Part shown: positions 1 to 13,451 of the stretch, piece after piece
Position numbering within the stretch: position 1 is the stretch's first letter
Layout of the letters: each line of letters starts with the position of its first letter
From: Yuukianura sp. NJ FZ-2021
Taxonomy: Eukaryota
DNA length: 64,000 nt
Assembly (NCBI GenBank): GCA_046563655.1
Contig: CM102286.1
Span: forward strand, 6,758,001-6,822,000
Direction of reading: 5' to 3'
Made by a program: the position numbers and the translations under genes
Notes under the pieces: model-generated
What the model was told of the DNA's origin: nothing
The model's database searches: none
Seen by the model: only the letters and a program-made list of their open reading frames with translations

Positions 1-3000
1 GGAAACCCGCCTTGTTTGAAAAGGAAGCAGAAATCGATACGTGCATCCTATCATAACTGATCCAAGCATGTTCCTGGACAGTCACATCAAAATACACGAC
101 CAGTATTTTGTTAGTCTTTCAAAAAATGAACTTTTCAAAAAAAAATCTTAGGCAAAAATTCATTCACGATTGCACAAGCCGGATATCAATGACAAAGAAG
201 TTTTTAAATGACTAATCCTGCGCCTGGGAGCCTGCTTTTCAATTGTCAAAAATTTTAAACGTCTAAACCTTTCTTTTTGGGATTATGGATTAGCGTTGTT
301 TTTATGCCGGCTAGGATAATTTAAGCAAAATTAATTCTGTGTTAAAGCAGCAATTAAGTTGGTTCGGAAAGAGGCGCATTAATTTAAATGTCGACGATGA
401 TGCAAGGTTAGGTTACGGCCATTTGCCTTGTATTTCTTTGTTCACAGGAAGTCGAAGCCTCGTGCATGAGAAAATTGGACATTAAAATCTAGCAGCAGGG
501 AGCCCCCTATTTCTTGGGAATCCTTATATCTAGTCACAGCCAAAACATCTCAATTTTGAATTCTCTGCGTTGAAACTGCTGAAGAGGTCTGCAAATTAAA
601 TCCGCCAAGCCCACAACACCTTTAGTTCGTTTGAAGAAAATGGGGAGCGGCAGGAAACGCACACTTCCAAAGCAAACTAAGAACAAACACAAATTCCTTC
701 CGAATTTTCACGCCTAGCACATGGAATCTCCCGCTTTCACGCCTGGATCCATAAGTATTTCAAATAGTTTCTTTGAACGATGAGTTTCATTTAACCAAGA
801 CTCAAACCAACGTTTAACCTCTGGCATTTCACCTGTTATTCTTGTTAGTGAATTGTGAATTTTCAAGTACTTTAAAATTCTTGATTGTTAAGCTTAACAA
901 TGACTTGCATTTTACTTTTCCAAGGTTAGGGAGTGGAATTAATTGCAATAATTGACAGTGACAAGGACAAATCCATTGAAGAATGTGTTAGGGCAGAGGT
1001 CCATTTGGATTGGCTTTTGTCCTTGTTGGTTTTGGAGAAAGCACATAAAATGCGATTGCCTAAAACCAGCCTGTAAATTGCTTTCCAGAAGCACGTAAAA
1101 ACTGAAAGAAAACAAAGAGCAGGTTTCCATTCTGCTTTGACGCTTTTCTCTCTCGTCATGCCAAACAATAGTTACCATAATTTTATGAAAGCAAAATACC
1201 CTTCCAACGCACGTTGTCCCTCCCAGCCTCGTTACAGTTCCCTCTAAAGTCTTTGCACGCCGAGGTCATCAAAATCAGTAATTTAAGAAAAATACTTACG
1301 CAGTGATGCTGTCATCGCGCTAAAGTGGACGCTTCTCACAAAGTCCTGGACAAAAAGTTTTGAAATGTTGAAAATTCACATTTGCAATCGAAATTCCATT
1401 CTGAAATTCAAAAACTCGCGTCTGTCTGTTTTAGGCGTTTTAGCTCTGAGTTAATTAGTATTTTGAGAATTCGCATTCAAAATGTGAAGCTTTCCGTTGT
1501 ATTATTACACTGTTTGCTCGTCGGTAAAAATTCTGGTGAGCTAATATTTTTTTTGGTTCTTTGTAAAAAAAAAAATTGTAACAAGATTTACAAAGTGCTA
1601 CAAACGTTCGTAAAATCGTGCTGCTTCCTGTTATTACCGTCGTGAAATAGAAGATGATTAGGTAAAGTTTTGTTACATGCGAAGAAAAAAGCTGAATCCT
1701 TCCAAAAACTCGGTTGAATTCAGAAAGAGGTCACTGGAGAAAAAAACTTCCATCGCGGAACAAAGCCCGTTGTTTAATGTAACGATGAAATAAGGTCGAA
1801 ACACAATGCAGATTACTTCAGGATAACAAAGAAGTAGAAGTAGAAGCCGGATAAGTTTTGGTTAAATTTGTAATAACATACTACGTATAAGCAACCACAG
1901 TGAAAACACAAAAGTCTAAAAGTTTCTGCGCTCCCATAATGGCAACAAAAGTTTATGTTCTTCTACTTTTATTGGGTTTCTTCAACCGGTACAAAATTGG
2001 CCTTAGACTCTGCTCACTCAAAATTAGCATACATGTTTTTACACATGAAATTACTTTTTGGGTACTTCCTGGAGAAAGGAACGTATATTTTCTACATCAA
2101 TTGTCTCCCAATTTCCTCCCGAGTTCTTGGAAACTTTTCATTACATACATTTTCATAATACAGCCATTGTACTTTTCTGACACGCGCCGAAGCCCCACGC
2201 AAAGATAAGAAATGAAGTCATTTTCCAACTCCTTTGCCTAGTAACTGTTTGCCAATTTAAATCCGACTCAAAGTTGCATTGGAATAAATGGTATCGGAGA
2301 CTTGTTTGTGAGTGAAGTACTAGTTAGTTGGCATAGTTAGCATTGTCATAATTTTTGTTTTCTGTACTTCATTTTTCACGCCTGGTTGAAGCCTCTCATG
2401 CTGGGCCAAAGATCAGATCGGGTCATGACAAGCATTAAGGACGGGAAACGAGTTGTTCGTGCTGCCATGAGGCCTTGTAATTTCCAGCGAAACAGAATGG
2501 AGAAAATTAAAACAAACGCTAAAACACGAGAAACAACTTTGGTTGTTGAACTGTGGAGGCACGGCGGGAGATCGCTGCAATTCTATCCACTTCCAATTGA
2601 AGGATTTTCAGCTTTCAGCTTTTCATTCTAAACTCCCTCTCATACTAAACTTCAATTTGTTGAAATAGTTTATGCTTCTGGGTAGATGAAAAGATATACT
2701 GACAAGCCGTGGATAGAAACTGCAACTCAATTCAAAATGGAAATGACTAAGGTCAAAAGGTGAATTAAAACAACTCTGGAAAGCAACAAAGTTTTAAAAT
2801 CAAGTGGATCCTTGGAAGCGTCTCTAAGGAATTTTTTGAATTAAAGCGGTTCACTTTGCTCTCATTCTCCATTCCAGTAATGCTCATGACCATCCTTTTG
2901 CAGGAAGTGAAGTTTGTGTGCTTGGGCAAATGGGAGTGGTTCGGTGCTTGTTTCCAGCGTTTTGTTGAATGTATTGGAAAATTGTACGTGAGGGTACCGT

Positions 3001-4393
3001 GGGATGTATGACTATGTACTTGTTCCCTCTGCGTTATTCATGCAAAGCCCTGAACATGCCCAGCATACTTAAGGCCTCCTTGTACAATTACTTACTCACA
3101 CTTGTCCTTCCTCAGCAGTTCCCATAGCAGTAGAGATCCAAGGGAGACTTTTTGACTAAGGAAAGGAGCTCTATACTCCGCAAAAGTACTGGGGTACTGG
3201 AAGTCCTACATCCAAAGTAATGCTTTACATGGTCCAAGTATTTCTCACTTTGACTCTGCAAGATTCCAGCGCAAGATAGGCTACAATATCCTACGAGTCG
3301 TGCTATGGAAACTTCGAGTAGCCATTCTAGCCCATAGATCTCCACTTAAGGACGGCGGAAGGAGGCAGCGGCTGAGATCCAGATTCTTTCTGAGAGTGCA
3401 AAATTGATGCTTGCCTTTGGTGGCGCCGGTGGAACGTGGAATGCCTTTACAATTTCCCTGCCATTACCCACGTATATAATATAAAACCAATTCTGGTAAA
3501 GTGGCCAGTTTACCCGCCTTACGAAACGGAGCATTTCATTCTTCACCATTTTGCAAAGACCTTTTAGACTTTCGGTGAAACCGATATGTTTTTTTTCACC
3601 TTGAGCTTAGGCACTGAAAAGAAGAGTGATGTGGAGTCATTTGGGAATTTGAATATTTGAGTCGTTTCAGCAAATTTGCAAACATATACTGTACTACAGG
3701 TTTCTTTTACGGAGCAGAGCATGTTTGTATAGTGTAGGCGCCCCCTTTAACATGAACTTGTAGCTAATGAAGCAGTTGGCGTGGTCAAATGCAGCGATCT
3801 AGAAACTTGAGCTGCGGCGAGCGGTATAAATGGACTTGAAAGCCTTTTTCTTGAAATAAAAGCTTCATTCCGACGTTTGTTTCCTTTATCTCCGGGATCT
3901 CCGTCCTCCTGACTCTTGAGATGAATGGACTTTCTACGAAACAGAGTACTTTGCAATAAAGTGTGAAAAATGAAAGTTCACCGGACTTTCTCTCCAAGTA
4001 CCATTTGTATACGCGGAATGGCAGTAAGCCTGCTTGTGAAATTCGACTCCAAATCTCTTTTAAAAAGAAATGGCAAAAAAGCGAAGTCCAAATTGGGGAA
4101 ATGGTTTTCATCTTATGTGTATTGACTGATGTGTGAGATGGAAACGCCTTGGGGTTTGAATTCCAAGAAGCAAAAAAATGCTGAAGAAACAGTTTAATCG
4201 AAGGCAATTGAGCGGGGAGAAAGTAAAGTAAATTGAAAGTAAAGAGTAGCCAGTAGGAGTAAATAGCCTTTGACAAATAAAGGTTAATTAGCAGTTGTGA
4301 GAGAAAGTTTAGGGAAAATGAGGGGGTTGAAATTAGGACCTTATCACCTCCAGTAACAAAAGAACTAACATTTTCTATTTGAAATTGTTACAG

Positions 4394-7300
4394 TTTTACC
4401 CCTACAAGCCACGATTCTTGGAAGTAATCAACCCCTGTCGGCGTTACATGAGATTGAGATTGTATGTCAAAGTGTAGGGTCAAGACCGCCTGCAAACATT
4501 ACATGGTTCAAGGATGGACAATACATTGAAGCCAGTCGACAAGAGGTGAGAACAAATCTAATTAACCTTGTCAACTTTTCAACATGCAACGAACAAAAAA
4601 ACTATCCCTTCACAAGGTATACGTTGACTGATCACCTCCTTATCACCTCTGACGTTTTCTCTCTTTTGTAGGAATCCGCCACAGGGAATGTGTCCACGTC
4701 TGTTCTCAAGTTTACGCCGCGAGTAGGTGACCACGGAAAGACATTGACTTGTCGAGCACAAAATCCAAGGTTGGATGCCAGTGCACAAGAAGATTCCTGG
4801 AAGCTGGCCGTTTTCTGTCAGTTTGCATTTGATTGATTTTAATATTCTTAGTTAGTATCTCTATTACATTCCTGGAACTCAAACGTTTCCCCCTTTAGTT
4901 ATAATGTTTACGGAGGTGGAAATAGTACAATAGATTGGCATTAGAGTCCATTTGACGCAAAGTGAAAAAAAGTTTTTATACAAAAGTGTGGAGCCCTATC
5001 CATCATTTTTACGCCGTCACCTTTTAACCATTTTTCTTCCACTGCTCACTTTGCGGCTGACTGGTCTTAGCCTGAACTTCCCGCGCTGCCCAAACACCCA
5101 TCACATCTGCATCGCGTCACTGAGCCCAATGCTTTCTCTCTGCCTTTCTTAACCTACACTTTCACTCTCTCCCTAAACTGAATCTCTCCAATTCGATTTC
5201 CAAATATCAGAGAAAAATGAAATCCTTTGAAGAAAGTTTCTCTTTTCTTCTTTTTTCATAAAAATTTCCTCTCTTCCAACCAGCAGGACCTCTCCCTCCT
5301 CCACATGCTGTTTCTCTTTATGTCCACATCATTTAACTTTATATTATCCAGAAATGGAATTTCAGAAGGAAAACGATGTCCAAAACCATAAGCTACCCCA
5401 CTTTCTTTCAAAATCTCTGCTAATGTAATTACACTCTCCTTGCTTTTTGATAAATGAAAGAAATGGGCATTTGGAGAAAGGTTGTTGAGTCCATTAATCA
5501 GTTAGAAGAGGCGGGAAAGGAGTCAAACCGTTTATGGGCATTATTACCACTCACTTTAACTGATGAAAAATTAAGAGTAACTAATTCCTTTGGCAATTGA
5601 ATTAAAAGGTTGAGAGCAGAAGGTGATAAAAGTTGATTGTTCAAAATTCCTTTTAATTGTACCCATTTGCTCTTACGATGGATTCTCGATAGAGGCAAGA
5701 GGAAGAAATAAAGCGGGAGTTTTAGGAAGAGATTCTCAAAGCACCTGAAAAGGAAAACATAAAAGCTTTTTTCATTTGATTCCTCCATTGTGTCCTCCTT
5801 CCGGCTTTTACTGCTTTCCTTTCTAGCAAAGGCTTTTCCCCGGAAGTTTCTCCCAAATGCAGGCCAAAGAAGTAGGGGAATTTCCCTTTTCCCTAACCAA
5901 TCCCAGGGGATGGTGAGATAGGAATGCAGGCGTGAAATCAACTCAAGTCACTCAACGTGTACAGTGGATCTTAAAAAGGCGCCAGATATTTTTGGAAAGC
6001 AAAAGCACTGGTTTTTCTACGCGTCCCTGTTGGCATTTCCCCGATTTCGGATCATAAGGTTTGAGAAACGGGAGGAGAAAGCTTCTGCCGTTTGCCTAAG
6101 AGTCAATGAGTCCTGTACGGCGGGAGATCGGATCCCTTGTCTCTGCATTCCTTTTGCTTTCCCTCCGAAAAAGACAAATCTAAGATTCACCAGATATTAT
6201 TTTCCACACCATAAATCAGACAGAAGGAAGAAAAGAAAGGCGGAAGTTTATTTCCCCGGGATGCCAAAACGTCTTCATGCTTTTCCTTTACAATTTCCAA
6301 CGCACACGTCTCCCCCATCACTTTCTCCGAAGAGGCATCTGTATTTTTGCATAACATATTAAGTCACACGCCCCCTTTGTATCCGATTTATACGTCTCCA
6401 GTCACTTTCAGATGCATCACAGCACAAGACACATCCCTTTCCTTTTGTCAATTTATCCAAGCCCCCATTGTTTGCCTTATTTATTATGCTCCTTCCAGAT
6501 CTCAGATCAGTCCGCATCACTCCTCAGTCGCCATAATTTATTAGATGCTATTGAAATGGCCTAAAGGGTGCCCAGGATTTTTAATAGAAGCGCATATTTT
6601 CAAATTTAAAACTTCTTTCTCAATGATTCAAAATTACTCAAAGTTCAAAATTTTAGTGTAACTAGTAAGAACTGGCGAAAGACACCATTAGATAAAAGAA
6701 AATAGGTTGGCAGAATTGACATCAGAAGGGAATACGTAAATCAAAATTGGAGATTACATGTACCTAGAATTTAGTAAGATGCATAAGTTTTCCGTGTGTT
6801 GATACTTTCTATTTTTATGAGACGCTAATTATCCAGGTTGTTACTCAAAATTCATGTAACTTCCATCAACCTCCACACTTTTGTGTAATAATCGTAACTG
6901 CAAACTGAACTAAGCACAGAGGATCTGTAGATAAATACGTTATGTGTCAAGGATGTGCTAACAACGAAAGAACTGCTTGTTGCTAAATGGAGTCAAAGTA
7001 AACATTAGTAGGGTTGGGGGATAACAAACTTACTAACTATTAACGATAGCATTCTAATTAAACTGTTTTTGTTTTTTGTCAACAGTTCTGCCCATTTTGA
7101 ACCTTGCTTTTGGTTCAAGCATAGACCCGGACAACATTCGGGAAGAAACTGACGTATACTTGGAGTGCAAGATTCATGCAAATCCGTGGGTGTACAAAGT
7201 GGTTTGGATACATAATGTAAGTAGAGCATTTTGTTGTATTATTCAGTTGAGCCATCACTTTTAGTAAGCTAGCAACCATTGGTCTCGGAACTTAAGTGCA

Positions 7301-10300
7301 AAGTAGTAGAACTCAACGTGGGCAGAGTTTACTAAATGCTAATGTCATCACTGCAAAAACATTTCAGTGGATCGCATAAAGGTCTCAGAAGTGAAAAGTT
7401 TTCAATTTGATCGAAAATACAATTTATAAAATAGGAATTTGAAACTACTGCAGGAAAAATAATTGGAAAAACACAGCTTGGGAACAATATTTAGTGCTTG
7501 CGTATTTTTTTGCATGGTAGAATGTAATGTGAATCTAAAGAGTTGTTCCAACCTTATGTTAGGCTGTATCCAGAACTGCTAAATTTAGAAAGTCGCGCGA
7601 GAACGTTCTTGAAACAAAAAATGCCAACATGGAAGTGCTTTTTCTTGATATTCGCCATTCCTATGCCTGTGGCGACGTCCTGAATTTGGGAGTGTCTTAA
7701 CTGGTTGTCAAAAAGCGTTTGTTATCACTACGTTGGACGTATTGCGAAATCTAAAACAGGAAACCAAATCTAGAACATGCCAAAATCTATGTTTCTTAGA
7801 AAAAGAAAAGAAATCCGGGTGGTTTATGCCCTTATCGTTAAGTGTATTGAGTTATAGGAAAAACTTGTCAGAACCCTGACATTTTTGGCAAAATTTTGTC
7901 ATTCGCCTGACTGAAGAAGGAAAGTAAATGGGAGTGAAGTGTGCTATTGTTTCGAGGTTGGCTTTCTCTCCTTGGTTGAGGAAAGTAGGAAAGTATACCT
8001 CTCTGGAAATTGGTTCAGTTCCATGCTCTACCTTGCGCTGCCACTTTTTGCAAGGATAAGTACCCTATGCGGTGTGCTCCATTGTTCTTAGAGTTTTGCG
8101 TGTTATGACACCTTTCAGTGACTTTGTGCTTCTAGAGCACTAGGCTACAATAATAATAAAATTATAGGATTATGGTATGGTCCCGACGTCAAGGCTTTCA
8201 CACAAATAGTCTTCTTATGCGTTGTGTGACCATGGCCCCACACATTTCGGGATCTGAAGTGCTCCACCTAAAGTGGTTCCAGTATACTTTCACTTCATCC
8301 TGGAAATAATGTGACCTGTTTTCGCTTTTATACACACAACGCATTAAAGCACGTACAATGATACTAATGCCTGTTTTCATTTCGAGTATTTGTTTAAGCG
8401 TTTTTTAGCAATCGGAAGTCAATGAATCGCCAAAAAGTAAAAAATCATTTCCAATAAATTTACTGCGGTAGGTCCGAGTGTAGTTTTTTTTAAGTTAGTT
8501 CAAATTTTAGAAAAACACAAGTCCCATACGAAATGAATTTTTGTTATGTAAAATTCCTGTATTTGGTTTCGAAACTGGCAAGACCAAGTTGCACGTACGA
8601 GTGTTGAAATATTTCAATTTTTGCTTTTTATATTGTGAAACAAGAATGTGGGAAGATGCTCGCATTACTGTTTGCCTCGGCTTAGTGCCAGGCCGAAGAA
8701 TAAAAAACGCATATTTTTTGCAATTTTTTTTATGAAAGCTGTTTTCGCTTTCTTCTTTTATAGTACTTTCAAATGGATTTGGCCGGAAACAAATTTCATT
8801 CTCGCATAAAAGCCGGAACTCTATACGTTATTCCAAGAACTGGATTTTCTTTTTTTCAAGCTCGCTTTGTGGACCTAGACAAAAATCTAAGTTTATCAGA
8901 TTTAAAAGAAAACCGTATAAGCCAAACATTATGAAAACTTGAGGAAGATTAAGTTGGTTACAAAAAATGTTGGAATAAATGGACTTTCTTAAGTTACAGC
9001 AAATAACGTTCTTTGGAAACCATCAAAAGCTGAGTTTAGGTCATGACAAATTTGAGTTTCCGCTGAAAGTCAATTATACGACTCGGGTTTAAAAATTGTC
9101 AATGGTAATGCACTGCGGAAGACAATAGTAGTTTAAATACGTGAAAGCCATAGCGCAATTTGTTATAAAGAAAGCAGTTGACAGTTGTAATTATAACACG
9201 TACACTATTAGAACGTAGTGCTAATGGTGGAAGTCTGATGCCACCAATTAATGGACTCTGATTCCAGTTTTGATAACTTTGTGTTTATACAGGGCGTGGC
9301 TGTGCAGCACAACACCACCGCTGGAATAATTATGACGAATCAGAGCTTAGTACTTCAAAAGCTCAAAAGGTCATCTGCTGGAATCTACATTTGCAAGGCC
9401 AGCAACATCGAGGGTGAAGGAAGCTCCAACGCTGTAGAACTCAATATAATGTGTATGTTACAATATTTGTTTGAACTAAACAAGAATTACATTTGTTTGC
9501 TCTAGGGGTAAAGATTTGTGTTTATTCTGATGGGGTTTACATGTCATACTTTATTTTTCATAATTTCAACCTATTCGCAAAAGATTGAATTCTGAAGATC
9601 AAACACATACTTTCGTATTTCAATGCTAAATACTACGACTGGATTACCGGGCAAAATTATCATTTCTATTTTAATTTGTTTTTAGATAAACCGATATGTA
9701 AAGCTGAACAGAAGCGTGTCTATGGCGTCGCTAAAGGAGAACAGGTTGAGATAGGTAAGTGAACTCCCTAAACCGCTACGACTTTGTGAAGTAACAGTGT
9801 AGCAGTATTTTCAAGCTGCACATCGAATTTCGATGGGTCGAATTTTAGTTCCACGCTGAAGATATTAGATATTTCTCCTTGATTCGTGTTCAATAATTTT
9901 CATTTGTTTGTTCACAGAATGCAAGGTCGATTCAAATCCAAAGGCGGACAACTTCAAATGGGCTTTCAATAACAGTGCCGAGAGTATCGACGTCCCACAG
10001 GTCAATATTTCCTTACTTTGAATAACCACAAACTTCACTTTCTCTCTGTTTCCCGCTTCACTTTTCGTTTCCGCTTGAGTAAACATCTTTTCGATTTCAA
10101 TGCCACTGGAAGTGCATCTCCTCAACCAAAAGAGAAACCCGTATGCAGTCTAGCATGATCGTGACCTGTCTCCATCAACTTGTTACACAAGAACATTGTC
10201 GAAACTAAAGGAACTTTCTGGAGGACGTGGACAAACAGAGACAGGGACGGAGAAAGGTTTGGTTGATGTGACAGGGAAAGGAAAGGCGGGAATTTTCAAT

Positions 10301-13300
10301 AGACAAACTGAGTTGCCTTCTTATTTGCTTCCAATTCCCTAATTCCCAGGGCCCATTCTAGGTCTACTGCGACAAGGGCTCTCTTTTCACAGATTCCAAG
10401 TCATTTCCAAACTCAAAAATGGCTACCCACTTTACCGCCATGTTGAACAGTACTGCACGTAATGCTCAAGGAATTTGGCCAAAAGCGGTGAAAGTATATA
10501 AAAGGAAAGAAACTTTGTCATGTTCTTCGACAGAAGAGGTTAAAACGCCTTCCAAGCGACCCCACTTTCTCTATTCCTCTTCATTTTTTTAAAGCTTGAA
10601 AAATGATTTAAAGTTATTTTGATAGTTACATTTTTTGAACAGAAACTAAGAATTTAAACTCGGCATTTGCATTGCAGGCAAGGTACTCCAACGTAAATTC
10701 CGCCAAGTTAACATCTTCAAGCATTCTGCGTTATACACCGTACAATGAGCTGGATTACGGCTCAGTAATTTGCTACGCCAGCAATGAAGTTGGGCATCAG
10801 TCAGAGCCTTGCGTTTTTCATATTATTGGTGCCGGTAAGTTTAGATATTTCACATGTTTAATATTAATTAAGTATGCTAAAAATCCCTTCTTCGCTAACT
10901 AAATTTTTAATTGAGTTATGAAAAGTAGCGGAGTGTAACTACGAACATAGCCCTAAAGTTAGCGTTAGATACTAAGAGGAATGTTGAAAAGTGGGAACAG
11001 AGAAAGAATGTTTAATAAAGTTCTATTAAAGTTCTCCGTTTAGATGGATTCCTCTTTTTTGGAATTTGGTTTCAAGAATAATGAACTGAAAACATAACAA
11101 ACTCCATAGATATTGTAGCAAAATTGTGATTGAGTTTAGGTTTGGTGCTACTCCACGAAATTTTCTTGTTAAGTAGCGAAGCTACTTTATACATCGACCT
11201 TGTCTGTCTGGCCGGCCGTCCGGCCGTCCGTCTCCGGCAATTATCTCGGAAACGGTTGAACATTTCCGGGATCTGTTTTCACCGGTGGACACCTAGTGAC
11301 CCGGTGATGTTCACTATTGAATATCACCCTAAAGGGTCAACTCCTTCCGGGTCAAAGGTCAAGGTCAACCGGTGCCATCCCCGGTAACATAGAAAATGAC
11401 CTCTACAAAAGTTGTTCGTCTCATCGAGACCAACAACTTTTGTGTATGTCACATGACCCCAAGTGACCTCCTTCCGGGTCAAAGGTCAAGGTAAACCGGT
11501 TTCATCCCGGCAACATGCAAAATGACCTGTACAAAAGTTGTTCGTCTCATCGAGACCAACAACTTTTGTTTACGTGACGTGAACTCAGATGACCTTCTCC
11601 AGGATCAAAGGTCAATTTTTTCGCTTTAACGCCCTAATAGGGGGCAACCCACCTTCACTCCCCCGGGGGAACCCATCTCCGTTCCCCCGGGAGAAACCCA
11701 TCTCCACTTTCCCGGGAGAAACCCATCTCCACACCTCCGGGGGGAACCCATCTCGACTCTACCGGGGGGAACCCATCTCGACTCCCCCGGGGGAACCTAT
11801 GTCCACTCCTCCGGGTGGGGGCAGTAAAGTAAGGGGGCCACCCCCCTCTCCCCCCGGTGGGGGGCGCTATCTTCGCTACTTACGTACACCGGTTTACAAC
11901 CGTTTATTATTACTACAAGATTTCGTAAATTTTGTTTTTAAACAAGAGAATTGTTCAAACTAAAAGTTCAAAGTTTTACAGAATAATTTTGCTTTCGCTG
12001 GTAAAGTGAAACTTTAAGCTAGAGAAACTAGAAGTAGGAAATGGAAAGTGCAGAGGAAAAGTTGAGCAGGGATACATGATTGATGGCGTGTCAGCCCAAT
12101 GCCCAGTGTCAGAGTGCTTTTGAATAAAGTTGACAGCGATGTCTTAATCTAATTTAATCCATTTTTTATTAACTTCAGGTAAACCCGATTCACCAGTCAA
12201 CTGCACCGTTCAAAACATAACGTCCGACTCACTCCAAATTGATTGCTTGGAGGGTTTCGACGGCGGGCTTCCGCAAGTATTCCACGCCGAAGTTATTGAC
12301 GCTGGAGTGCCGCGTCTTCTGCTTAACCTTACAGCACCCATCCCCATGTTTGTAGTCAATGGTCTCCGACCTGGTCAAAGTCTCAAACTGTACGTGTACT
12401 CATCTAACCGCAAAGGCATCTCGGACAAAATACGACTCGAGGAACAAACGATCCAAGAAGCTGAGAAGCGAACTGGTAAGACATGTAATTCATTTCTTCG
12501 GAACTGTTCTACATGTACTGTCTGGTACAAATGTACACGCTACAGTAAACAATTTCCTAACGACGTGCTTTCTTTTGATGTTTTTTCGTAGCTGCTTCGC
12601 AAGCTGAATTCGAGTTGACCCCCGTCCTAGGCGTTTGCGTTGGAATTGTGTGCGGCCTGCTGGTAGTAGCCATTGGGGTTCTGCTGGCGCTAAAATTCAG
12701 AAAAGACAGTAGAAGGAATCCTTCCCTCAAATCTACGAAGACGGAGTACCGTGTTGAAATTACCGATGAAGATAAAAATCCGGATATTATTCCCAGTTCC
12801 AAAGGTAAAACCAGTCAATTCAGTTGTTTCGTAAGCGAAATTTCATGTCGGAGAGGATTTTGTGTCCCGGAGGTAAATAAATTTTTGCGAGTTTCCACTT
12901 TGACGCATTCTGTTCAATCTTCCAGACGCTGACTATAACTACAAAGGAGGACTACAAAATGGGCCAAAGAGAAATGGTAGCTTGACAGACAACTTCCGGA
13001 ACTGTACATACTATAGTGATACGGTAAGCCTAGCGGCGACCACCACGACAAGATTCCTTTCCTCCTATTCAATTGTTTTTTCTATACGAAATAACATATT
13101 GATTTGGTTCCTATGTTTTTTGAGCAGAGCAATGCGGAAATCACATACGCTGAGCTGTGTCTTGACACTACAGGAAACAGTGGTGGTTGGTCGGCGGGTG
13201 GTGGGACGATAGATCGAAAGCGACGTCGAAGTCCAAATAGTAGTGACGACTACCCTCCAGTTCCAGGAAGTTCCGTAGTCTACGCCACAATTGATCAGAG

Positions 13301-13451
13301 TCACCATGGTGGGAGTCGCACTAGAGTGAATGGAGATGCTCCAGCCCATGCCCACCACCATCACCACCACCACCTACTGCCACATCAAAGGGAAATTGTT
13401 TCCGTGAGGACTCCATTACTGGTCAATCCACAGCAGGAGAGTTGCGTCTAG
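4394..13451 (+). CDS. Sidestep-family (nephrin-like) Ig/FN3 single-pass receptor, 5'-incomplete, spliced
   Basis: Phase-compatible GT-AG exons: 4394-4545, 4672-4816, 7086-7216, 9293-9452, 9686-9754, 9918-10000, 10678-10834, 12179-12475, 12592-12804, 12926-13023, 13128-13451. Ig motifs (CQSVGSRPPANITW; LTCRAQN; VYLECKIHANP; YICKASNIEGEG; DYGSVICYASNEVG), FN3 (GKPDSPVNC..CLEGFDGGLPQ), TM segment, DEDKNPDIIP and C-terminal ESCV typical of Sidestep proteins. N-terminal exons were not found in the window. Confidence 0.9.
11341..11615. repeat. Tandem repeat of ~127 bp (2 copies plus a partial), each with a long internal hairpin
   Basis: Units start at 11341 and 11468 (CTCCTTCCGGGTCAAAGGTCAAGG...). 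Each contains ACAAAAGTTGTTCGTCTCATCGAGACCAACAACTTTTGT. Confidence 0.85.
11640..11815. repeat. GC-rich minisatellite of ~21-23 bp (GGGGAACCCATCTC...)
   Basis: About 7 degenerate copies of GGGG(A/G)AACCCATCTC(C/G)AC... visible directly; this explains the spurious Pro/Gly-rich ORF 11589-11963. Confidence 0.8.

Larger units (their letters stand above)
11165..11908 (+). mobile_element. Helentron-associated non-autonomous element (HINE/DINE-1-like) in a Sidestep intron
   Basis: 5' palindromic subterminal repeat AAGTAGCGAAGCTACTT (11171-11187), GTCY-type microsatellite (11201-11233), internal tandem repeats, inverted 3' copy CTTCGCTACTT (11871-11881), 3' hairpin CGGTT-TAC-AACCG (11890-11902), T-rich flanks. 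Outer boundaries approximate. Confidence 0.7.

Noticed and set aside
1..4393. Short ORFs as possible upstream Sidestep exons or separate genes
   Set aside because: No Ig motifs or convincing in-phase splice sites were found; treated as intron.
11341..11615. Palindromic repeats resembling a CRISPR array
   Set aside because: The sequences between the palindromes are themselves repeated (no unique spacers), the context is a eukaryotic intron, there are no cas genes, and the repeats lie inside a HINE-like element.
11589..11963. Pro/Gly-rich 124-aa ORF
   Set aside because: Translation of a GC-rich minisatellite within a transposon.
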